Source: an uncultured Gammaproteobacteria bacterium
GTDB lineage: Bacteria; Cyanobacteriota; Vampirovibrionia; Gastranaerophilales; CAJFVJ01
Direction of reading: 5' to 3'
DNA: 64,000 nucleotides
Assembly: GCA_964444415.1 (NCBI GenBank)
Contig: CAYUHE010000004.1
Coordinates: 7,321-71,320, forward strand
Below are positions 8,840 to 18,233 of this stretch, piece after piece. The position numbers and the translations under genes were made by a program. Numbering within the stretch: the first letter of the stretch is position 1; every line of letters begins with the position of its first letter. The notes under the pieces were generated by a model. It saw only the letters and a program-made list of their open reading frames with translations. It was not told the origin of the DNA and searched no databases.

Positions 8840-9739
8840 CTATGTAAGAATACTTTGAATTTTAGTTGATGTAAAACTTCCAAAAATTGCTCCTAAGCCC
8901 ATACCAACTATTGAACCTGTTGGTCCAAACTTTTTAGCTCCTATGGCTCCACCATAAGCAATACCTGCGGTAATAGAAGCTACATTAACGCCTGATTTGA
9001 TAGTTTGTTTTGCCGTGTTGCCTGTTTGTTCTGAAATATTGTCACCTTGTCCCATTGCTTTAAATATTTTAGGTAATTCTAAAACTGCCAAAATACCCGT
9101 ACCAATTAATGTTGTACGTGTCATTGCTCTTGCCGTTAGTTCTCCAAAAGCTTTAAAATTTCCTTTGCCCTCAAATTTAAATGCCTCAACATAAATAGGT
9201 TTTTCCTTTGTATGAAGAATATCTTCAGTAGAAGTATTAACTATATCAATAGCTTCTACATTTAGTAGTTTCAATAATTTTTCGCCAAATTTTGTAGTTA
9301 ATAAGGTTTTATCAGATTTTAGTAATTTTTTCGCCAATTCTGGATTATTCGCTTTGTTAGGATTAACAAAATCTTTTAACAAAGTCCCCCTGTAGAAAGA
9401 AAATTTATGCTGATAATTTTTATAGTCATAACTCAGGTTAGGTTCTTTGCCAGTCAATATAGAATGCAGTTGTTTTCCAGAAGCTTTTATATCTCTACAA
9501 TCTTCTGGAAGATTGATTAAAGCAAGACTTGCAAGCCCAATAGCTGGTGCATAGTCTCCATTTTGGATTTTATCAGGTAATGAGGATAGTCTTCGCACTG
9601 GGGGCAACGATTCAAGAGCATAGAACAAGCCTTTATCAGTATCATCTACTTTATCGACGTGCTTTTTTACATCCTTGTAATCCCGTCGGATTTGGGGATA
9701 TTGCTGAGCCTGATTGTAATAAAGAATATTACTTACCAC
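8840..9739 (-). CDS. Hypothetical protein with C-terminal glycine-zipper membrane segment
   Basis: 299 aa. The C-terminus GVNVASITAGIAYGGAIGAKKFGPTGSIVGMGLGAIFGSF contains repeated GxxxG/small-xxx-small spacing. Confidence 0.65.
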   Translation of the reverse strand: MVSNILYYNQAQQYPQIRRDYKDVKKHVDKVDDTDKGLFYALESLPPVRRLSSLPDKIQNGDYAPAIGLASLALINLPEDCRDIKASGKQLHSILTGKEPNLSYDYKNYQHKFSFYRGTLLKDFVNPNKANNPELAKKLLKSDKTLLTTKFGEKLLKLLNVEAIDIVNTSTEDILHTKEKPIYVEAFKFEGKGNFKAFGELTARAMTRTTLIGTGILAVLELPKIFKAMGQGDNISEQTGNTAKQTIKSGVNVASITAGIAYGGAIGAKKFGPTGSIVGMGLGAIFGSFTSTKIQSILT

Positions 9740-9874
9740 TTTGACATAACCTTAATTTTGCATGCGAAACTAACCTACTTATATAAAAACAAATTACACC
9801 AAAAAATTGCTCTTTTTAGATTTATTTAAGAAACATAATGATAGAATTTTAAAGGTTACAGATTTACCATAAAA

Positions 9875-11008
9875 TCACTTTTCTACTGCTTTTCTTGCAA
9901 TTATATTTGCGAAATCTGAAAAACCATTCCTCTTGAGCTTTTTTTCTACCGCTAATATCCAGCGAGCCAGTATTTGGCTCCTTAACTTATTTTTAAATGG
10001 TTTGAAATTTTCAGTATGGAAATACTTCGGATTTAAACATTGATATAATATGTGCATCAAAGTTCCGCTATAATAATTAATGGAGATAACATCAAAATGA
10101 TGCTTGCTCAGGGGTAAAATTTCAACAGAACGAACGGCTTCTGATGGGTCGGCTTTAATAATATGTTCTATTTTTTGTTTTTCATATTTTTCTTTAGCCT
10201 TATATTTTAAAGGCAATAATTTCAATACATCATTGACTTTTTTAATTTGATAATCGTTCCATTGAAATCGATTTGGTCCTACATATTCATTTTGAACAAA
10301 TACCCCATTTTCTTTCAAAGCATTATTTATGTTTGTATATGCAAATTCTAAATTCTGTATATGGTGCATACATTCTTGAGCGATTATTAAATCATATTTA
10401 TTTAGCTGAAGTTTATCAGTATTTAAATTTGAGCAATAATAATTGATTATTTTATCTTTGTCTATTTCTTTAACTTTTTCTATGGCTTCTTTGATTGACT
10501 CTTCAGAGATGTCAATGGCATCAATTTGCGTGCAAATATTTCTATTTAATAAATCTCTCTCCAATTGCCCAGTACCACATCCTAGACTTAAGATACAAAG
10601 GTCATTTTTATTTGGGAAATATTGTTCAATATCAAAACTTCCTTTTTGCTCTTTAATTAATCTTTGTAGAAAGACTTCATTGGAACAATAATGATTTTCA
10701 TCAATACCTTTGTACGTTTTTTTATTATTCCAAAATTTTGATGCCATATAATCGATTATTTGATGAAGTTCAATAATCTGGTATTTTGTTTTAAATAATT
10801 TTTGTCGATTTTCCTCGCAAATTGGTCCAAAGATAATCACAAAAGTATTGCTGCTATGTACTATTTGCTCTGATATTATATAGTTTGATTCTACGAAAGA
10901 CAAATCAATATCAAATATTTTTTTATTTTGTTCATAAAAATAATAATCACCTGTTCCATAGATAAATTTTTGCGTCTGATTTTCTAAAAAATTCTTTAAA
11001 AAAGGCAC
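9875..11008 (-). CDS. Class I SAM-dependent methyltransferase
   Basis: Motif I ILSLGCGTGQLERDL, with downstream DLIIAQECMHHI. Confidence 0.75.
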   Translation of the reverse strand: MPFLKNFLENQTQKFIYGTGDYYFYEQNKKIFDIDLSFVESNYIISEQIVHSSNTFVIIFGPICEENRQKLFKTKYQIIELHQIIDYMASKFWNNKKTYKGIDENHYCSNEVFLQRLIKEQKGSFDIEQYFPNKNDLCILSLGCGTGQLERDLLNRNICTQIDAIDISEESIKEAIEKVKEIDKDKIINYYCSNLNTDKLQLNKYDLIIAQECMHHIQNLEFAYTNINNALKENGVFVQNEYVGPNRFQWNDYQIKKVNDVLKLLPLKYKAKEKYEKQKIEHIIKADPSEAVRSVEILPLSKHHFDVISINYYSGTLMHILYQCLNPKYFHTENFKPFKNKLRSQILARWILAVEKKLKRNGFSDFANIIARKAVEK

Positions 11009-11010
11009 TT

Positions 11011-11334
11011 TTAAACCTCATACTTATCGTCATTCGCCCCTGGGAGTTTCACTACAACATTCATTGTGTTATCTTCTAAGCATTCAAAATCAGTAGCTTC
11101 ATTTGGTTCCATTGTGATGATATCGCCTGCTTTGTACTCAACGCCGTTCATTTTTACACGACCTGAGATAATAACTGTAATTTCAGTTGCAATTTTGTGA
11201 TAGTGTTTACCTTCATAATCCCCTTTTTTATAAGCTTTAACAGCGACTTCCACATCATTTGTTTTGTATAGAGTCGGATTGAAGTTGCCTACAAACCAAC
11301 CTTTGAGCATTTCATCAAGTTTAGCTATTTTCAT
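11011..11334 (-). CDS. Cupin-domain protein
   Basis: 107 aa with GKHYHKIATEITVIISGRVKMNG..KAGDII, a cupin-like beta-barrel His motif. Overlaps the upstream gene by 4 bp. Confidence 0.6.
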   Translation of the reverse strand: MKIAKLDEMLKGWFVGNFNPTLYKTNDVEVAVKAYKKGDYEGKHYHKIATEITVIISGRVKMNGVEYKAGDIITMEPNEATDFECLEDNTMNVVVKLPGANDDKYEV

Positions 11335-12068
11335 ACAATTGCAAGCCCTTTCTTAAAGTTAATGTAAAGGTTTAAGTCTTCAGGTGTTCCTGTTCCATGC
11401 ATTTGTTCTTTTTCAATATTGTATATGCCAAATTTCCCACCTTTTTCGATAGAATAATTATAGACAGGGGCGACATAAAACTCGTTATTAACTCTCTCAT
11501 TTCTTACAATCATATCAATAGCATTCTCAACAAAATCGCTACCTTTTGTAAAATAATAAATGCCGACTGTGGCAAAGTTTGAAATAACTTCTTTTTCACG
11601 AATCATAGTAATCAAATTATTTTCATCCAACTTTGCATAACTCCATTTGATATGGTCATCTTCAAAAGTCAAAATAGAACCATCAAGGTTGCGAGATTTG
11701 CAATCATTGACATAATCACTAATATTCATATCAACAATCTGGTCAGAATTTGCAATCAACAGAGGTATATTATTATTAATCAACCTATGCGAATGTAAAA
11801 CTGTACAAGCCGCACCTTCTGTCAATTTATCGATAAGAACAAACTCTACATTATAGTTATTTTCAATGAAATCAACTATCTCTTTCTCAGCTTCCATATG
11901 TTCTTTTCTGGCAAGCAGAATAAACTTTGCTTCTTCCATCTTAAGATTTTCTAAAACATGACAAATCATTGGTATTCCAAGAACATCTATAAAAGGTTTT
12001 GGTCTATCGTATCCTGCCTGTGAAAATCTTGAACCTGCTCCTGCCATAGGAATAACTATATTAATCAT
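11331..12068 (-). CDS. Sugar/alcohol-phosphate nucleotidyltransferase-like protein
   Basis: The N-terminal IVIPMAGAGSRFSQAGYDRPKPFIDVLGIPMI matches the NTP_transferase G-rich loop. Confidence 0.7.
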   Translation of the reverse strand: MINIVIPMAGAGSRFSQAGYDRPKPFIDVLGIPMICHVLENLKMEEAKFILLARKEHMEAEKEIVDFIENNYNVEFVLIDKLTEGAACTVLHSHRLINNNIPLLIANSDQIVDMNISDYVNDCKSRNLDGSILTFEDDHIKWSYAKLDENNLITMIREKEVISNFATVGIYYFTKGSDFVENAIDMIVRNERVNNEFYVAPVYNYSIEKGGKFGIYNIEKEQMHGTGTPEDLNLYINFKKGLAIV

Positions 12069-12799
12069 CTTTTTTCTCCCACTTGTTTTTGTAAGAATTG
12101 TTCGTATTGTTTTAAGCCTTCAACATTAGCTATTGAATGATATTGCTCCCTTGATATCTTATAAGTTGAAATCTTTTTTTGTTCCAAAATCATTTCGTTA
12201 AAGGCAGGGCAAACATAATAAAATCCATTAACATTGGCATCTTTTTTAATCATATTTGTCACAGAACTCACAAAATCACTGCCTTTTTTGTAATAATACG
12301 TTCCTGCTGTAGCATTTTTACTGATAGGACGCTTTTCACTAGCCTCAACTACGTCTCCGTTTTCATCGAGTTTTACATAGCTCCAACGAGGATGTACGGA
12401 TTCAAAAATTGCAGCACCTGCATCTTTACCTGCAAAGCTTTTCAGGAAATCTTTGTAATCCATATCTAAAATCTGGTCACCGTTCGTAATCAATAAAGGC
12501 TCATCATTGTTGATTTCATCAATGGCGAATAAAGCAGTACAAGCCGCACCTTTAGTCTCTTTTTCTACTTTGAAAATTTTGGCATTTGGAATTAAAAGTC
12601 TAATAACATTTTCTAAATACCATTTTTGAGCCTCTTCTTTTTTTACGATAAAAATAAAATCCGACTCAAATCCTGAAAGACTATTTATGAAATGCTCCAA
12701 TAAAGGTTTACCATTTATCTCCAGTAAATATTTAGGAAATTTGTAGCCTTCTTTTTCAAAATCTTCTGAACCACCTGCCATTAAAATAATTGTTTTCAT
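12065..12799 (-). CDS. Second nucleotidyltransferase-like protein (paralogue of 11331-12068)
   Basis: IILMAGGSEDFEKEGYKFPKYLLEINGKPLLEH, colinear with its neighbour (..GAACT.L...., NGDQI.DM). 4-bp overlap. Confidence 0.65.
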   Translation of the reverse strand: MKTIILMAGGSEDFEKEGYKFPKYLLEINGKPLLEHFINSLSGFESDFIFIVKKEEAQKWYLENVIRLLIPNAKIFKVEKETKGAACTALFAIDEINNDEPLLITNGDQILDMDYKDFLKSFAGKDAGAAIFESVHPRWSYVKLDENGDVVEASEKRPISKNATAGTYYYKKGSDFVSSVTNMIKKDANVNGFYYVCPAFNEMILEQKKISTYKISREQYHSIANVEGLKQYEQFLQKQVGEKR

Positions 12800-13428
12800 T
12801 AACCCACCTCAATTTCATTAATTCTGTTTTGAATGTTTTCAAAGTTTACATCTTCAACTGCTTCTATTTTCAAAAGATGTGCACCGCTTGCAATAGCTGC
12901 TTTTATACCATTTTGATTATCTTCCAGAATTAAACATTCATCAGGGTTCAGCCCCATTTGCTTAATAGCTTTTAAGTATATTTCAGGGTCTGGTTTTGAT
13001 TTTTTCACATCTTGATTACTCAAAATAAAATCTAAATATTGGTGTAAATCACTTTTTTCCATCATTAAATCTATAGTTTGACGTACAGAATTCGAACAGA
13101 CAGCAGTTTTGTATCCTAAATCTTTTAATTTTGACAAAGCTCTTTGGTGGCAGAATAAAGGTTTGCACATAGAATAAGTCATCTCAAGTGTATAGATTTG
13201 CTTCATATCATTTACGAAGTCGTGCAAGCCATTTGACAAGCCACGTTCTACAGACAACATTTCAAGTTTTTTCTTTGTCGGAAGACCATCATAAGTTATA
13301 AGATGGTCATACCTACTAATTTCAAAGCCGAAAAGGTGTAAAGCCTTGTTAAGTGCTTCATAATGCCAATCTTTAGCTTCAATAAGCACACCATCCATAT
13401 CAAAAATTACTGCTTTAATTTTATTCAT
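12799..13428 (-). CDS. HAD-superfamily phosphatase (beta-phosphoglucomutase-like subfamily)
   Basis: VIFDMDGVLIE (motif I, DxD), CSNS (motif II), and K..PDPEIY / LEDNQNGIKAA (motifs III and IV). Confidence 0.85.
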   Translation of the reverse strand: MNKIKAVIFDMDGVLIEAKDWHYEALNKALHLFGFEISRYDHLITYDGLPTKKKLEMLSVERGLSNGLHDFVNDMKQIYTLEMTYSMCKPLFCHQRALSKLKDLGYKTAVCSNSVRQTIDLMMEKSDLHQYLDFILSNQDVKKSKPDPEIYLKAIKQMGLNPDECLILEDNQNGIKAAIASGAHLLKIEAVEDVNFENIQNRINEIEVG

Positions 13429-13432
13429 CTTT

Positions 13433-14068
13433 TTATGTCCTATTATTAAAATAATCTCTTGCTTCTTCTGGGAAGTCTGTACAAAGTAAAATGTTATTAC
13501 TCTCTATGCACTTAAAGGTTTTATATTTTTGCCAAGTAGTCAAATATTCTCTTCTGTGTAAGTCTGGTGAGACAATACAAAGTTTTTTATTATTATCAAG
13601 GTGGTCTTCAATTGTTTTTTCATCTATCCAGTCGGTTTCAAAGCAATCTATCCATACCCCCATTGATTTTTCGTACAAGGAAGGGCTTTGTTCATATTCA
13701 CTTTGTCTAGTGTAGCAATTCAACCCACTAGCCAGAGCAATGATTAAATCTGGTACAGACATATCAAATAAGAAATAATTTACTACACTATATTCTTCAA
13801 GTAATGTTTTGATTTGATTCTGAAGTCCATCTGATTTTATATTCAAAGCTAGAGGCAAAGAGTTTTTATTTTCAGAATAAAGCTTTAAGAAATCTTCAAA
13901 TAATATCGAATCTTTATCCGCTATATTATGAGAAATAACCAATTTTCCCAAATAGTCTCTAATATCAGTTTCCAGCCCAAACCCATGGTCAAGAGACCTT
14001 TGAAAGGCTGTTCTTGTGTTTTTTTCATTAACTTTTTTCCAATAGCCTCTATGACTAATTATTTCCAT
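13433..14068 (-). CDS. Glycerophosphodiester phosphodiesterase (GDPD)-like protein
   Basis: IISHRGYW..EKNTRTAFQRSLDHGFGLETDIRD matches the GDPD HRG / ENT / E.D signature. Confidence 0.6.
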   Translation of the reverse strand: MEIISHRGYWKKVNEKNTRTAFQRSLDHGFGLETDIRDYLGKLVISHNIADKDSILFEDFLKLYSENKNSLPLALNIKSDGLQNQIKTLLEEYSVVNYFLFDMSVPDLIIALASGLNCYTRQSEYEQSPSLYEKSMGVWIDCFETDWIDEKTIEDHLDNNKKLCIVSPDLHRREYLTTWQKYKTFKCIESNNILLCTDFPEEARDYFNNRT

Positions 14069-14071
14069 TTT

Positions 14072-15058
14072 TTATCCTTTTACAAACTTCTTAACCATAA
14101 AGTAAGGTAGTATTTTGGATACCTCTTTGAGCGTTTTATTTATATTGTGCTTTACTTCATAAGGTATTGAGACATTTTTAAATTTGAAATCTTGGTCACA
14201 ATATTTCTGATATAGTTCTAGCCAAGCAAGATGTGAATATGTAGAAAGCTTGTTATCAAAATAAAATTTATGAATTTTTAATCCAGCTTTTTTCCAGTCA
14301 ACAATTATTAGATTATTGACAATAGACTTTTCTGATTCTTCCAAAGTGCTGGATTTTATATCTAAATAATTTTCAAATTTAATTTCAGAATGTTTTTTTA
14401 AAAAAGAAATCCAAATATATTGTTCTGGAACATATTTGTAAATACCATATTTAAAGCGTCTTAAATCAGTGTTTGTTATTTCTTTTGTGAATTCACATAA
14501 TTCTGCAGCTGAAACAAGAGGTATATTCCAAATGTTTTCGATATCTCCTTTCAATCCAAACATGAACATATCACTGGGATGGAAATAAAGTTTTATCTTT
14601 TTCTTTGGGTCTCTAGCAAAATAATTTGTTATGATTACTCTTTTTTCTAAAATATTAAAATCTTCACAATGATGAGAAAATTTATCGAAATAATTTAAGA
14701 AATCAGAATGTTTAAATTCAATATCGGTTCGGGTTTTAATGACATACTTTCTAGTTGCCTTTTTTAAACCTTCTTTGACTCCAAGTATTTGTCTATTCAC
14801 ATTAGGATTACCAAAAGGAATCTGCCCAGGGTCTTTATTCTCTAACAAAATATCGTATTCAAGATTTTCGGTGCTCGAATTTTCCCAAGTAGAAAGAATG
14901 ATTTCTGACTGGGTAAAGATTTTCCTAATGCTTTGCAAACATTTTCTAGTATATTGCTTAGATAGCCTATCAGAGGTTTTACCTACAATAGGGCCTTGGA
15001 CAATTATACTTATGTCTTTTGAATCAATTTTAGGAGCTTTATTTTTCATTTCATTCAT
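14072..15058 (-). CDS. Hypothetical polysaccharide-cluster protein (possibly WavE-like)
   Basis: 328-aa ORF in the operon. DISIIVQGPI near the N-terminus is reminiscent of WavE-type LPS proteins, but this rests on memory only. Confidence 0.45.
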   Translation of the reverse strand: MNEMKNKAPKIDSKDISIIVQGPIVGKTSDRLSKQYTRKCLQSIRKIFTQSEIILSTWENSSTENLEYDILLENKDPGQIPFGNPNVNRQILGVKEGLKKATRKYVIKTRTDIEFKHSDFLNYFDKFSHHCEDFNILEKRVIITNYFARDPKKKIKLYFHPSDMFMFGLKGDIENIWNIPLVSAAELCEFTKEITNTDLRRFKYGIYKYVPEQYIWISFLKKHSEIKFENYLDIKSSTLEESEKSIVNNLIIVDWKKAGLKIHKFYFDNKLSTYSHLAWLELYQKYCDQDFKFKNVSIPYEVKHNINKTLKEVSKILPYFMVKKFVKG

Positions 15059-15956
15059 CCTCTATTGGCTTTCCTATGCAAAAATCAAAAATATGAAAAA
15101 GTAAGTGCGACTTTATATGAATTAAAGGAATACTAAGGTTCGTTAAAAAATGGAGTTTTAATCTATCTGGTTTAACTTTTATTCTAAGCAGTCCTGTTTT
15201 CTTCTTTATATGGCGTTTTATTTTAAAATTGATGCCGTGAAGATAATTTATTTGATTTGTTTGGATTCCTCCATAACGTGCAGAAGTCAAAAATAAAGTT
15301 TCAGGATTTAGAAAATGTTTACAGATAAAGTCTTCAGTTAAATTTTGATTTACCTGAATGAATTTGTTTACTGTTTCGGGCTTTCCAAGCATAATTAAAT
15401 CCGTTGCAAGGTTTTCAATAAACATTAAATCATCTTGAGAACCACAAGGATTACAGGCTGTATAGAGGCTAGTTTCCTCATCCAAGCCTATTATTTTAGA
15501 CTGACTTAAAATCTTATCCATATTCAAGGGTGAAAAGAATTCAATATCAGGTCTGGTACAAAGCACTAGGTCATATTCTGTATCAGTTTCTGCTTGATAT
15601 AACTCTCTTAGCTTATTAGATTCGTTTAATGAATGCATCATAAAATGAATACCCACTGTGGAAATTTTCACTTTACTATTTGAAAGTAAGGCAAATTCTT
15701 TATCCTGTAAGAATTCTTGTTTTTCTACTTTTAATTTTTTAGGTCTGTATAAGCTGTTGATTTTTTCTAGAGTTTTATCGTCGACCTTTTGATTCGGATT
15801 TTTAGACTTATAATATGTTTTAGTTCTAGATTCGGTTTCATCCCAAGTATGAATAAAAATATCCACATCATGTCCTTTGGTTACAAATTCCAATAAGGAT
15901 GATGCACATTCTTCAAAAGTTCTTAAATGTCCGTACAATAATATTGCTAACTTCAT
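15051..15956 (-). CDS. Hypothetical polysaccharide-cluster protein
   Basis: 301-aa ORF that overlaps its neighbours by 8 bp and 2 bp spacing. No motif recognised. Confidence 0.55.
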   Translation of the reverse strand: MKLAILLYGHLRTFEECASSLLEFVTKGHDVDIFIHTWDETESRTKTYYKSKNPNQKVDDKTLEKINSLYRPKKLKVEKQEFLQDKEFALLSNSKVKISTVGIHFMMHSLNESNKLRELYQAETDTEYDLVLCTRPDIEFFSPLNMDKILSQSKIIGLDEETSLYTACNPCGSQDDLMFIENLATDLIMLGKPETVNKFIQVNQNLTEDFICKHFLNPETLFLTSARYGGIQTNQINYLHGINFKIKRHIKKKTGLLRIKVKPDRLKLHFLTNLSIPLIHIKSHLLFHIFDFCIGKPIEDE

Positions 15957-15957
15957 T

Positions 15958-16773
15958 TTACTGGCACCTTTCCAGAAAAATATTTAGTTTATGTTTTGTC
16001 CCTATTTTTGTTCTCAAATTAAACGTACATTTATTTTTGGGGATAAATTTGGCTATAGAAGAACTTAAGGCAAGAATAATTTGTTCCAAATGCTCAATAT
16101 AAATTTTAGGGTGTAATAGCATTATCTTTTTTATTGAAATTAGTCTATTTTCTGTAGCTTGCTTACTCATAGTGTTTTCTGTTTGTCGATAATAAAATAA
16201 GACTTCAGGTATCTTGTAAACATTGGCTCCTTGTTCAATTAGAGAAATCCAAAATTCCCAATCTTCTAGACCTTTATCCATTTCTTTTTTGTAACCGCCG
16301 ACTTTTTCCCAATCAGTTTTACGAAACATCGCAGAGCAAAATATGCAATTCCCTGCTAAAATGTTAGGAAACTTGTATTCTTTTAACTTCCATTTCTCTT
16401 TTTTAGAGCCGAATAATTCGGCATCACAATACACAATACCTATTTCAGGATTCTGCTCTAGGATTTCTAAGGCTTGTTCAATATATGTTGTGCCAATTTT
16501 GTCATCTGCATCAAGTGGCAATATATAATCGCCCACCGCTTCTTTAATACCATTATTTCTGGCTTGCGAAACACCTTGATTCTTTGTGTGGATTATTTTG
16601 GTTTTCACTTCCTGATAATTTTTTAAAATTTCTATAGTTTTGGCATCATTTGAACCGTCATTTATTACAATTATCTCAAAATCTTGAAATGTTTGTTTTA
16701 AAACACTCTCAATAGATTCTTCAAGATACTGTCCTTGGTTATAGCAAGGTATTATCACGGATACTTTCGGCAT
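15958..16773 (-). CDS. Family 2 glycosyltransferase
   Basis: VSVIIPCYNQGQYLEESIESVLKQTFQDFEIIVINDGSND and the LPLDADD (DxD) motif. Confidence 0.88.
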   Translation of the reverse strand: MPKVSVIIPCYNQGQYLEESIESVLKQTFQDFEIIVINDGSNDAKTIEILKNYQEVKTKIIHTKNQGVSQARNNGIKEAVGDYILPLDADDKIGTTYIEQALEILEQNPEIGIVYCDAELFGSKKEKWKLKEYKFPNILAGNCIFCSAMFRKTDWEKVGGYKKEMDKGLEDWEFWISLIEQGANVYKIPEVLFYYRQTENTMSKQATENRLISIKKIMLLHPKIYIEHLEQIILALSSSIAKFIPKNKCTFNLRTKIGTKHKLNIFLERCQ

Positions 16774-16789
16774 ATTCTCTCTTTTGGCT

Positions 16790-16891
16790 ATATTACCACA
16801 TCTAAAACCTGATTTAGGGTCGCTTTAAGTTGTTTAATTATTCGATACATACCATATTACCACATCAAAATATAAATCAAGTGATGTGATA
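16790..16891. promoter_or_regulatory. Candidate operator: three copies of TA(C/T)CACATCA in the divergent GT2 / XRE intergenic region
   Basis: ATATTACCACATC occurs at 16790-16802 and 16854-16866 (direct). The arm TACCACATCA (16858-16867) faces TGATGTGATA (16882-16891), matching 9/10 as an inverted repeat with a 14-nt spacer. Confidence 0.4.
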
Positions 16892-16945
16892 CCAAATTTA
16901 TAAAGAATCTATAAAAGAGTATTTTATAAAAAGAGGAGAAACACA

Positions 16946-17266
16946 TTGAACACACTCAGAGAATTATTAGGGTTAAGAATTAAAGAACTTAGACTTTCCA
17001 AAAACTTAAAGCAAGCACAACTAGCCGAAATAATAGGTATTGAACCTAGAAGTGTGAGTAAAATAGAATCAGGATTCCATTTCCCTAAAGATGAGCATCT
17101 TTTAAAAATAGCAACTGCTCTTGAGGTGGAAGTTAAAGATTTGTTTATGACTTCGCATATAAAAAATAATGATGAATTAATTTTAGAAATAAATACTCTT
17201 CTTAAAACTGCCGATAAAGAAAACTTGGTTAGAATTTATAGAGTAATTGAAACTTTGTTAAAATGA
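16946..17266 (+). CDS. XRE-family helix-turn-helix transcriptional regulator
   Basis: LGLRIKELRLSKNLKQAQLAEIIGIEPRSVSKIESG. TTG start preceded by AGAGGAG. Confidence 0.8.
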   Translation: MNTLRELLGLRIKELRLSKNLKQAQLAEIIGIEPRSVSKIESGFHFPKDEHLLKIATALEVEVKDLFMTSHIKNNDELILEINTLLKTADKENLVRIYRVIETLLK

Positions 17267-17412
17267 TTTTGTCCTTTGGATAATCTCTATTTTTCGACAA
17301 CTATTTGCCATCAATTGCTAAAAGTTTATTTTAGCCATATAATCAGTCTTGTGAATTTCTAAATATTAACTAAATAATATTGTCATTAAACTAGTTTTGA
17401 AAAGGAGAATGT

Positions 17413-18153
17413 ATGAAAAAGAGAATTATTAACACTTTGTGTGTGACTGCTTTACTATCAGGAATGAGTGCAAACGCTTTAGAAATGAAAGTACCTAATA
17501 TGAGTATGCCAAAGATACAAAAGCCATCTTTATCTTCATTGGCCGCACCAAGTGAAGGCAATAAAGATGCTATGAAAGCACAAATAACAAAAGTGATTTC
17601 TTCTTCAGATTCAATCACAACATCATTTGATAATGCTGTATTAAATTTAGTCTCTATTTTATCTACTAAAGAAGATGTTTTGAAATTGAAACAAACAAAA
17701 GCAGAGTTATTGAAAACTGCTTCTACTAAAGAAAAAGATGCGGTAGAGGCAAAATTTATCGAAGATGCTCAAGCTCAACTTCTTGTAACTCTTCAGCAAC
17801 AGAATATTTCTCAAGAAATAAAAGGACTCTCTGCTCAAAAAAGACAACTTCTAGCTGATTCTACATATAATGTGTTTTTGGCAAGTCTAGGTTATTTAGA
17901 TTTAGCTAATGAAGCTATGAATTTAGTAAATCAGCTTACAGCAGACCCAATGACAGCAGCTACAATGGGTGGTGATTTAAAAAGTCTTAAAAAAGTAGCA
18001 ACAAATCTTCCATCTCAAGGTAAATCTGCGGCACAAGTTGGGGCAGGAATTATTAAAGTTGCAATACCAGCGGGAATAACTATCCCAAAACCAACTTCAT
18101 CTTCCGCTAAAGCTAAACCATTAGCTCAAAATGAATTCTTGGTAATGAATTAA
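17413..18153 (+). CDS. Secreted helical hypothetical protein
   Basis: Signal peptide MKKRIINTLCVTALLSGMSANA, RBS AAGGAG, and a low-complexity helical body. Confidence 0.65.
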   Translation: MKKRIINTLCVTALLSGMSANALEMKVPNMSMPKIQKPSLSSLAAPSEGNKDAMKAQITKVISSSDSITTSFDNAVLNLVSILSTKEDVLKLKQTKAELLKTASTKEKDAVEAKFIEDAQAQLLVTLQQQNISQEIKGLSAQKRQLLADSTYNVFLASLGYLDLANEAMNLVNQLTADPMTAATMGGDLKSLKKVATNLPSQGKSAAQVGAGIIKVAIPAGITIPKPTSSSAKAKPLAQNEFLVMN

Positions 18154-18233
18154 TAAATTTCGATATTCAGGTAGAGCTTTTCTACCTGAATATTTTTATA
18201 AAGTTTATAAATAGCTGTTAGGAGAAATTTAAA

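Noticed and set aside
8551-8883. Minus-strand 110-aa ORF overlapping the 8579-8824 plus-strand ORF.
   Set aside because: The translation is hydrophobic and low-complexity with no RBS. The plus-strand ORF has an AAGGA RBS and balanced composition. Neither is strongly supported.
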